NCBI GenBank assembly: GCA_963786105.1
Contig: CAWAXX010000023.1
Coordinates: 224,001-288,000, forward strand
Length of the DNA stretch: 64,000 nt
Direction of reading: 5' to 3'
Origin: Vulcanimicrobiota bacterium
Lineage (GTDB): Bacteria > Vulcanimicrobiota > Vulcanimicrobiia > Vulcanimicrobiales > Vulcanimicrobiaceae
This document shows, piece after piece, positions 57,075-64,000 of the stretch (within the stretch, counting starts at the first letter, position 1; the number at the start of each line of letters is the position of its first letter). The position numbers were made by a program, and so were the translations under genes. The notes beneath the pieces were generated by a model, which worked only from the letters and a program-made list of their open reading frames with translations, made no database searches and had not been told where the DNA came from.

Positions 57075-57896
57075 TTACCAACCGCCCGAAGCGCCGCCGC
57101 CGCCAAAGCTGCCGCCCCCGGACGAGAATCCGCCGCCGCCAAAACCTCCACCGCCGGACGAGGAGGCGATCCCCCCGAGGAAACCGCTGCTGCCCCAAAA
57201 CCACCAGCGGCGCATGTCCGCTTTGGCGCGCGTCGATCCTTCGCGCAGAATGAGGTAGCCGTAGCGAATGCTGCCGATCACTTGCACGACGACCAGAAAG
57301 ATGAGGAACGCAAAAAACAACGCGAAGACGACGAAGAGGAAGATGGCGACGCCGCTGCCGACGGCCGACGATGCGGGTTCGGGCGGCGGCGTAACGCCCT
57401 TGTACGACGGCGTGATCGTCGTGAGCATCGCGGCGACGCCGCTGGAGACGGCGCCGTCGGCGTCCCCCGCCTTCATGCGCGGAACGATATCGTCGGTGAT
57501 GATTCGGTGTGCGTCGGCGTCGGGCAGCGAGCCTTCCAGACCGTACCCGACTTCGATGCGCACCTTGTGATCTTGCGTGAACATGAAGAGCACGGCACCG
57601 TCGTCGTGACCCTTCCGGCCGATCTTCCAACGGTTAGCGGCTTGACCGGTCCACGTCTCCAGCGGAACGTCGCCGGTGGTCTGTCCGATCCACACCACGA
57701 TCTGATGGCCGGTCGCCTTTTCGTACGCTTGCAACTCGTTCTCGAGCGACGCGCGCGCGCCGCTCGAAAGCGCCCCGGCGTTGTCGGTAACGTAGTGATC
57801 CGGTGTCGGCGGCACTTTGAAGTCGTCGGCGAGGGCCGGAAGCGACCACGCAAGCGCGGCCACGAGAATGAGATACGCAAGCGGGCGCCGATTCAC
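57075..57896 (-). CDS. TPM (YgcG/DUF477) domain membrane protein
   Basis: VTDNAGALS, WKIGRKGHDDG, RIEVGYGLEG, Gly-rich tail ending GGGGASGGW. Confidence 0.93.
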   Translation of the reverse strand: MNRRPLAYLILVAALAWSLPALADDFKVPPTPDHYVTDNAGALSSGARASLENELQAYEKATGHQIVVWIGQTTGDVPLETWTGQAANRWKIGRKGHDDGAVLFMFTQDHKVRIEVGYGLEGSLPDADAHRIITDDIVPRMKAGDADGAVSSGVAAMLTTITPSYKGVTPPPEPASSAVGSGVAIFLFVVFALFFAFLIFLVVVQVIGSIRYGYLILREGSTRAKADMRRWWFWGSSGFLGGIASSSGGGGFGGGGFSSGGGSFGGGGASGGW

Positions 57897-58285
57897 GGCG
57901 AGTCCTCGGCCGAAGCGGCTGCAAAGTGCGCGTGCAGCGCTTCGCCTACGCGACCCACGGCGTGCAGGATGCCCTCGGTAACGTCGTCGCGAGCAAAGTA
58001 CGGGCGGGTCTCCTCCACGACGTCGCGCCAGAATGCGTCTCCAACTTGAGCGTGCAGCGCGCGATCGCCGACGATTGCAAAACGGCGAGCATTGGGGGCA
58101 ACCAGAATTAGGGCGGCATTGGATTCGTCGTGCCGGTGCAAACCAGTGCGAGCGAATTCGTGCTTGGCGCGCTCGAAAGCATCCACGGTCTTGTCGGGGA
58201 TTACGCGGACGGCGATGCGGCCGGTCGTGCCCTCTTCGGCGGCGCTGAGGGCGCGCGCGACTGCGGCCCGCTGGTCGCGCGTCAC
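57893..58285 (-). CDS. TPM domain protein (short form)
   Basis: AEEGTTGRI, FAIVGDRALH, FW; lies between lemA and TPM gene. Confidence 0.88.
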   Translation of the reverse strand: MTRDQRAAVARALSAAEEGTTGRIAVRVIPDKTVDAFERAKHEFARTGLHRHDESNAALILVAPNARRFAIVGDRALHAQVGDAFWRDVVEETRPYFARDDVTEGILHAVGRVGEALHAHFAAASAEDSP

Positions 58286-58902
58286 GGCGTGAAGTTCACG
58301 GTCGGCGGGGTTTGCGCGCCGGGCTGCGATTGGAAGTAGGGTTTTTCGTTGAAGCGGCTGCCGAACATCCCGGCGACGAAAACCGTGGGAATGGTGTCGC
58401 GCTTGGTGTTGAAAGCCCGTGCGACGTCGTTATACTTTTTGCGCTCGAACGCGATACGGTTCTCGGTTCCTTCGAGTTGAGCCTGAAGCGTCTGGAAGTT
58501 TTCGGTGGCCTTGAGCTGCGGATAGTTTTCCGAGACCGCGAGGAGTCGCGAAAGCGCCGAGCCCAACTGGTCTTGCGCGCGTGCGTACTGCGCGAAATCC
58601 TGCGGGTTGTTGATGGCGTTTTGGACGACCTGCGGAGAAATCTGCCCGACGCTCGCTCGTGCCTTCGCGACCGCCTCGTAGGTGCTCGATTCAAAGTTCG
58701 CGGCCCCCTTGACGGTGGCGACCAGGTTTGGAATGAGGTCGGCGCGGCGTTGATAGACGTTCTGAACCTGTCCCCATTGCGCGTCGACTGCTTGACCGAG
58801 CGTGACGAGCGAGTTGTACGTCCCGCCGATGAAGAGGAGGATGATCACGACGATGCCGATGACGACGACCGGACCGACGTACGAGCGACGTTGCTGTTGC
58901 AT
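58282..58902 (-). CDS. lemA: LemA family protein
   Basis: YNSLV, YQRRADLIPNLVATVKG, ENYPQLKA, LEGTENRI; ATG 58902. Confidence 0.95.
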   Translation of the reverse strand: MQQQRRSYVGPVVVIGIVVIILLFIGGTYNSLVTLGQAVDAQWGQVQNVYQRRADLIPNLVATVKGAANFESSTYEAVAKARASVGQISPQVVQNAINNPQDFAQYARAQDQLGSALSRLLAVSENYPQLKATENFQTLQAQLEGTENRIAFERKKYNDVARAFNTKRDTIPTVFVAGMFGSRFNEKPYFQSQPGAQTPPTVNFTP

Positions 58903-58910
58903 GCTGGCTC

Positions 58911-60554
58911 CTAAATTTGCCACTCCCACGCGTTCCAGAACGGCGTGACCGCGTGGGCCGGGCGATAGTTTTTCAAGTCGGTATTGACGACGTCGAGTTG
59001 GCGCTGGTACCAGAGTACCAGAAAGGGCAGGCCCTCGGCGGCGATTTCCTGGACGCGCGCGTACTCCCTCCGCCGAATCGCCGGATCGTAACTCTCGATC
59101 GCCGCCCGCTCGGCGGCGTCGAGCGCCGGGCTGCAAAAATGATAGACGTTCCATCCGGCCGGTGGCGCCATCGAGCAAAGGATCAAGATCGAGTCGTCGG
59201 GATCGGTGCCGTTGGCCCAATTCTCGAAAATGACGTCGAACTTCCCGGATTGTTCGATTCCACCCATGGATTTGGTGGCGTAGAGCTGTCCCGAAGGATA
59301 GTTCTTAATGCTCACGTCGACGCCGGCTTGACGCCACTGCGCTTGGATGAGCGCCTCGGCAGACTGCGCGGTGCCCGAGCCCGTAAAACTCACGAGCGTT
59401 AACGCCAGCGGCTTACCGTCCTTTGCGCGAATGCCGTCTGGCTGGAGATGCCAGCCGGCCGCATCGAGCAGGCGTGCGGCGGCAGCCGGGTCGTAGGCGT
59501 AGTGTCGAGCTCGCGGATTGTAGGCCCAAAAAAATGGCGGCTGATCGGTGTCGCCGGGAATCGTAATGCCGTGCGTCACCTTATCGATGAGCGCGCGACG
59601 GTCGGTCGCCAAAGCGAGGGCTTGACGTACGTGGACGTCGCTCAGCGCCGGCACGGCCGCGTTGAATCCGATGTCGGCATAGCGCGTAAATGGAGATAGG
59701 ACGACGCGCGTTCCGGGGATCCCACGCAGGCTTTCGGCCATCGTTTCGGGTGCCCGGTAGAAGAAGTCGATCTGGTGCGACTGGAGGAGTGCGAGCATCG
59801 TGTTGTCGCTCGGAACGATGTGCCAGTCGATTCGCTTCAATCTTGGCGCGCCGCGCCAATAGCGCCGATTGGCGACGAACTCGATCTCCGAGCCGCGTTC
59901 GTATTTGGCGATTTGAAACGGGCCCGTGCCGACGGGAAGCTCGTTAAACGGGATGCGGTTAAGGTCGGGATATTTTGAGAGCAGGTGTTCGGGGAGGATA
60001 CAGTCGGGGTGGTTTGCCATCGTAAAGAAGCCGGCGACGAACGGCGCATACCGGTGCTTGAGATGGACGACGACGGTGTACGCGTCCCGACGGTCGATGC
60101 GCGACACCACGTCGTATCCTAGGCGGCTGACGACGGCGTTGCGTGGATTGAGCATTTGATGCCACGTGTAGATGAGGTCGTCCGCGCTGAAGGGCGCGCC
60201 GTCTTGCCAGCTCACGCCATGCCTTAAGCGATAGGTGATGGACAAACCGTCGCGGGCGACGTCGCCGTTGCGTAGCGTCGGCACGCGCGTCGCGAGCTCC
60301 GGCACAAGTTCGTTGCGATCGCTCCAGTTGAACAGATACGCCGCCCAAAACATTGAGAGGTCGGTATCGACCGTCTGCGTTCCGAGCAAGGTATTCAGGT
60401 TGTCGGGGTCCTGGCGAGCGGCCATCCGCAAGATGCCCGGCACCGTCCACGGATTGCGCTGACCGGGGTTTCCGCCATTCGACGTGCGCGTGCAGCCGGT
60501 TGCGCCCGCGAGCAGCAGCACGATCGCCACTGCAAAAGCGAGGCGTGAGGTCAA
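58911..60554 (-). CDS. Peptide ABC transporter substrate-binding lipoprotein (family 5)
   Basis: TTG 60554 overlapping upstream stop; lipobox ATGC; WQDGAPFSADD, PVGTGPF, VRQALALATDR. Confidence 0.9.
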   Translation of the reverse strand: MTSRLAFAVAIVLLLAGATGCTRTSNGGNPGQRNPWTVPGILRMAARQDPDNLNTLLGTQTVDTDLSMFWAAYLFNWSDRNELVPELATRVPTLRNGDVARDGLSITYRLRHGVSWQDGAPFSADDLIYTWHQMLNPRNAVVSRLGYDVVSRIDRRDAYTVVVHLKHRYAPFVAGFFTMANHPDCILPEHLLSKYPDLNRIPFNELPVGTGPFQIAKYERGSEIEFVANRRYWRGAPRLKRIDWHIVPSDNTMLALLQSHQIDFFYRAPETMAESLRGIPGTRVVLSPFTRYADIGFNAAVPALSDVHVRQALALATDRRALIDKVTHGITIPGDTDQPPFFWAYNPRARHYAYDPAAAARLLDAAGWHLQPDGIRAKDGKPLALTLVSFTGSGTAQSAEALIQAQWRQAGVDVSIKNYPSGQLYATKSMGGIEQSGKFDVIFENWANGTDPDDSILILCSMAPPAGWNVYHFCSPALDAAERAAIESYDPAIRRREYARVQEIAAEGLPFLVLWYQRQLDVVNTDLKNYRPAHAVTPFWNAWEWQI

Positions 60555-61357
60555 TGATGGTCTCGACGAACTGCCGGAGCGCGAGCGCGCATCTCGTCGA
60601 CGAGTTCGACAATGCCGTCGGCCGCGGCATCCAGGAAGGCCCGGCCCTTTTCGGCCGAAGCCCTCGTCGGGTCGCCCATGACGCCGCTCTCGCTGAGCGC
60701 GCTCCAATGCTCCATCATCACCAACGGTCCATCTCCTCCGATGAGATCGCCCCGATAATTCCTTGAGGGGCGATGCGAGAGCTCGCGCACTGCTTTGCTC
60801 ATGTCGACCAGCTCGGGGGCGATCGCGAGGTAGAGCGACGTTTCGAACTCGCAGGCGTGATTCATGCCGCCGATTTTGTCCGATTCGCGCAGCGATTCCA
60901 CGACATCGCGAACGCCCGGCGCGGCCCAGTAGTTCACCGCCGCCGCCAGCACGCCGGTTTCGACCACGGTCAAGCGCGCGACGATGTCGATGAAGGGCGT
61001 ATTGCTGCCGTGTCCGTTCACGATGAGGATTTTTCGAAACCCATGATGAGCCAGGCTACGGCACACGTCGACGCCGTAGTCGATCAGCGTATGCGCTCCG
61101 ATGGTAATGGCGCCCGGAAAGTCGAGGTGGTGCGGACTATAACCGTGGTTGATTGCGGGAACCAAGACCGCACGATCGGGCGCCCGCGAGACGGCTTCCT
61201 CACATACCGCGTTGCACAGCCGCAAGTCCGTGTCGATCGGCAGATGGAGCCCGTGATCTTCGAGCGTCGCGATCGGCACGACGGCGACGCGGTCCGAAGC
61301 CGCTGCTTCTTTGACTTCGGGCCAGGTGAGCTCGCCGTAGCGATATTTTATCGGCAT
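60551..61357 (-). CDS. Creatininase family protein
   Basis: EDHGLHLPIDTD, GYSPHH, NGHGSN, HACEFETS, GVMGDP. Confidence 0.93.
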   Translation of the reverse strand: MPIKYRYGELTWPEVKEAAASDRVAVVPIATLEDHGLHLPIDTDLRLCNAVCEEAVSRAPDRAVLVPAINHGYSPHHLDFPGAITIGAHTLIDYGVDVCRSLAHHGFRKILIVNGHGSNTPFIDIVARLTVVETGVLAAAVNYWAAPGVRDVVESLRESDKIGGMNHACEFETSLYLAIAPELVDMSKAVRELSHRPSRNYRGDLIGGDGPLVMMEHWSALSESGVMGDPTRASAEKGRAFLDAAADGIVELVDEMRARAPAVRRDHH

Positions 61358-61363
61358 GCCACG

Positions 61364-61467
61364 CTAGTCGGCCGTCCGCCGTCGGCTTTGATGATTAGTT
61401 TCATTTCCGTCAAGCCAAGCTGATGCATGAAGTACGATTCGCCGTGGGGCGCGCCGATGGCCTGGAA
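61364..61467 (-). pseudogene. Diverged duplicate of the 3' end of the adjacent phosphoesterase gene
   Basis: Translates FQAIGAPHGESYFMHQLGLTEMKLIIKADGG.. versus FQPFIAPFGESYFMHQRGSTEMKQIIERDGGPPD* (61529-61633). Confidence 0.85.
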
Positions 61468-61480
61468 TTGTCGCGCAGTT

Positions 61481-61522
61481 GTCCTTCGACTGCGCGCCTT
61501 CGGCGCTCCGCTCAGGATGACA
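61481..61522. repeat. REP-like palindromic element
   Basis: gtccttcgactgcgcgccttcggcgctccgctcaggatgaca with gcgcc-ttc-ggcgc hairpin; resembles TGTCATCCTGAGCG...GTCGAAGGA-type intergenic repeats; single copy in this window. Confidence 0.55.
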
Positions 61523-61528
61523 CCGTGG

Positions 61529-62941
61529 CTAGTCGGGCGGTCCGCCGTCCCTTTCGATGATCTGTTTCATTTCCGTCGAGCCGCGCTGGTGCATGAAGTA
61601 CGATTCGCCAAACGGGGCGATGAAGGGTTGAAACGGAGCGGGCTTCTGACTGAAGTTGAAAACATCGCCGATGGAGTTGGCGCGCACGTCGGTCGCTCCT
61701 AGGGATGTGGTGTTGAAGTTCTCTTCGATGAACTTCAGGACGCTGCCGAACTCGTATTGCGTCTTGGAGACGAAATGGCGCTTGGCGAACGGCGAGATCA
61801 CGATCATCGGCACGCGCATGCCGAGGCTGGTGTAGTCGAGCTGCGGCGGCGGTACGTTGTCGTAGTAGCCGCCCCAGTCGTCCCACAGAACGACGATCGC
61901 CGTATTGTTCCAATACGCGCTTTTGCCGACGGCATTCACTACCGACGTCACCCACGCCGGCCCCTTATTGTTTCCACTCGCCGGGTGGTCCGAATCCGGC
62001 AGAAGCGGGATGACCCACGACACCTGCGGCAGCATTCCGTTCTTGATGTCAGTCAGGATCTTGGTGTTGGGACTGCTGATGTTCTTCCAGTCGGCGCCGC
62101 GTCGCACGCTTTTGATCGCGTCGAAGCCGTTCCAAACGGCACCGGAAAAGTCGTCGAGAAGTCCGGCGACGTAGAACTTCCAGGATACGCCGGCGGCGTC
62201 GAGGACGTCGGCCATCGTCTTATACTGGGTGAGGCACGGGAAGGGGCCGCCGTTTTCATCGACCCTCCCGTTGGTAAAGATAACCCCGGTAGTCGTGCGC
62301 GGATCGGAGTTATCGCAGCCCCACGGAATCGACGACGGAGTGTCGACCAGCGATTCGTGGGAGTTTAGTTTCGTGGTGCCGGCGATGATCTGCTGGTGCG
62401 CCACGAAGCTGTCGGTGGTCGCCGTCGAAAACATGTGATCGGCCAGCGTATATCGATTCGCCATATCCCAATACGGTTGGACTTCGCGTCGCACGACGTA
62501 TGCATACGGATAGAAGAGCGCCGGGCCGTTTCCGCCGGCCGTCCCAAAGGCGATCGTGTCGAAGCCGTCCATTTTGCCGCCGTCGTACTCTTTTTCGAAC
62601 GTATTGTGACCGTGCTCGATGTCGACTCCGCCCAAGCACTTGCACGTTTCCAAGGTGATGGGCTTCATGTGCACGAGTTGACCCGGTTGAGTGCAAATCT
62701 CATTGTGACCGGGGGGCTTGTAGGGCTTGCAGGCTCCCGTCGTGCTGGTATCGGCGCCCGGGAAACTCATGAACAGGTTATTGAAGCTGCGGTTCTCTTG
62801 GAAGAGCACGATGACGTGCTGAATCGACGACGACGGCGGACTGCTCGAGCCGGTCGGCAAAGGCGCGGGCGTGCCGATTGTCGAGCCGCAGCCGACGGAA
62901 AGTACGACTGCAGCAACGGCGAGTGCGCGAAATCGATTCAC
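61529..62941 (-). CDS. Phosphoesterase / phospholipase C-like lipoprotein (alkaline phosphatase superfamily)
   Basis: Lipobox SVGC; IQHVIVLFQENRSFNN, GKMDGF, SDHP, WDDWGGYYD, GMRVP. Confidence 0.92.
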   Translation of the reverse strand: MNRFRALAVAAVVLSVGCGSTIGTPAPLPTGSSSPPSSSIQHVIVLFQENRSFNNLFMSFPGADTSTTGACKPYKPPGHNEICTQPGQLVHMKPITLETCKCLGGVDIEHGHNTFEKEYDGGKMDGFDTIAFGTAGGNGPALFYPYAYVVRREVQPYWDMANRYTLADHMFSTATTDSFVAHQQIIAGTTKLNSHESLVDTPSSIPWGCDNSDPRTTTGVIFTNGRVDENGGPFPCLTQYKTMADVLDAAGVSWKFYVAGLLDDFSGAVWNGFDAIKSVRRGADWKNISSPNTKILTDIKNGMLPQVSWVIPLLPDSDHPASGNNKGPAWVTSVVNAVGKSAYWNNTAIVVLWDDWGGYYDNVPPPQLDYTSLGMRVPMIVISPFAKRHFVSKTQYEFGSVLKFIEENFNTTSLGATDVRANSIGDVFNFSQKPAPFQPFIAPFGESYFMHQRGSTEMKQIIERDGGPPD

Positions 62942-63086
62942 GAGAACCTCCGGCGAATGTAGGGGTGGCTAGGAGCACGGTTTTTCCACGTTTTACGCGA
63001 GCGCCTTCTTGCGCGAAGGAAAATAGACCCTGGTTATTGCACGATTAAGGAAAGCTACCCGTTGCCCCAGTTAGAAGGAGATCTAG

Positions 63087-63572
63087 ATGCGCTTTTTCAC
63101 CTCAACGCTTGCGATCGTCTCGATCGCACTTGCTTTTACGGCGTGCACCGGCAAGTCGTCGTCGAGCTCAGATCAATCGAGCGCGACCGCTACATCCGGC
63201 GCCGAAGCAACCGCTGCTGCGAGTTCGGATCAATCGATGACGACCGCGACGTCCGGCGCCGAAGCAAGTGCCGCGCCGTCGGGCGACATTCCGCCGTATC
63301 CCGGTGCCACAACGCAAGCTTCGGGAAGTTCGTCGAATATGATGACTCAAAATGCGACGGGAACGGTTTTGACGACGGGCGATTCGTTCGACACCGTGTA
63401 CCAATGGTATCAAAAGAACATGCCCGCCGGCTCGGAGCGCGCGCACGTAACGACACCCGTTCCGAGCGCGCTGTTCGTGATGGTTGGGGCCGACAAGGAA
63501 CAAGCGTCAGTGGCGATTACCACCAACGAAGGAAAGACGGTCATCACGATCGGGCACGTGAAGATTCGCTAG
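63087..63572 (+). CDS. Hypothetical lipoprotein with duplicated 19-aa Ser/Ala/Thr linker
   Basis: RBS aaggag; lipobox FTAC; SSDQS..TATSGAEA twice; IPPYPGA, FDTVYQWY. Confidence 0.85.
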   Translation: MRFFTSTLAIVSIALAFTACTGKSSSSSDQSSATATSGAEATAAASSDQSMTTATSGAEASAAPSGDIPPYPGATTQASGSSSNMMTQNATGTVLTTGDSFDTVYQWYQKNMPAGSERAHVTTPVPSALFVMVGADKEQASVAITTNEGKTVITIGHVKIR

Positions 63573-63577
63573 TCGCG

Positions 63578-63838
63578 CTATTTTTGCACGGCGCGCCACT
63601 CGCCGTTCTCGCCGTCCTGCCACTCGACGAACCATCCGCCGCCGCAGGGGATGGCGGGATTCTTGAGCTGTTCGGGATCGATCCCGAATGCCATGAGTAC
63701 GTGCTTGGACGCTTCGCGCATCTCGCGCGTCCAACGTTCGACCTCGGGCGTTGGTTTGGCCGGAATCGCACGGGTCGCCCGTGCGATTCCGTTTAAGCCG
63801 TCGGCCATCGAGGTTGCTATCGCTTTGTAATCGATCAT
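63578..63838 (-). CDS. Small hypothetical protein
   Basis: RBS ggagg before ATG; 86 aa; convergent with the lipoprotein gene without overlap. Confidence 0.65.
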   Translation of the reverse strand: MIDYKAIATSMADGLNGIARATRAIPAKPTPEVERWTREMREASKHVLMAFGIDPEQLKNPAIPCGGGWFVEWQDGENGEWRAVQK

Positions 63839-63906
63839 AGACGCCTCCGAAGAGAAGAGTCGGCACCCGTCGCGTATTGTCCTCGGTGCGCGCGGTCACT
63901 CAACGC

Positions 63907-63937
63907 CAAAAGACACCCGGCGAGCGGATGCCTTTTG
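63907..63937. terminator. Probable intrinsic terminator hairpin
   Basis: caaaag-acacccg-gcgag-cggatgc-cttttg inverted repeat (G-U pairs on the minus strand) with A/T tracts on both sides. Confidence 0.55.
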
Positions 63938-64000
63938 AGAGTGTCGGCGGTTCCTAGGCCGCCGTCGAGGTGCCGGTGCGGAGGCGTCGAGAGAAGAGCA

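Noticed and set aside
1..64000. tRNA, rRNA, IS or integrase
   Set aside because: None recognised by eye; a covariance-model scan was not possible

Overview
GC-rich bacterial window; the flanking gene content (FecR/DUF6600 proteins, lipoprotein peptide-binding proteins, phosphoesterase lipoprotein) suggests Ca. Eremiobacterota/Vulcanimicrobiota, which is inference only. Ordinary genes occupy about 1-9 kb and 56.6-64 kb. Between them lies an accessory region of about 47 kb whose core is a minus-strand operon (about 20.8-52.1 kb) for an extracellular contractile injection system (eCIS, Afp/PVC-like). In transcription order it encodes a DUF4255 cap, two sheath/tube pairs, an Afp7-like tube initiator, a small Afp6-like gene missing from the ORF track, a split gpD/gpV spike with no PAAR gene, a protein with a hydrophobic C-terminus, gp25, baseplate J, a gpI-like wedge protein, three paralogous fibre/cage-like proteins, a tape-measure-like protein, an AAA+ ATPase and a DUF4157 (HExxH) cargo protein whose AHH nuclease tip is separated from it by an indel-rich linker. 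The most novel signal is a split PKD/Ig-like domain series: the wedge protein ends in an N-half, the next gene is C-half+N-half, and the next is C-half only. This is the layout expected of an anchor/polymer/cap filament built by strand complementation. The accessory region also carries a SARP/BTAD regulator, an S8 protease, alpha/beta hydrolases, membrane IPT/TIG proteins and two signal-less peptidoglycan hydrolases. Several single-base indels suggest assembly errors or gene decay.
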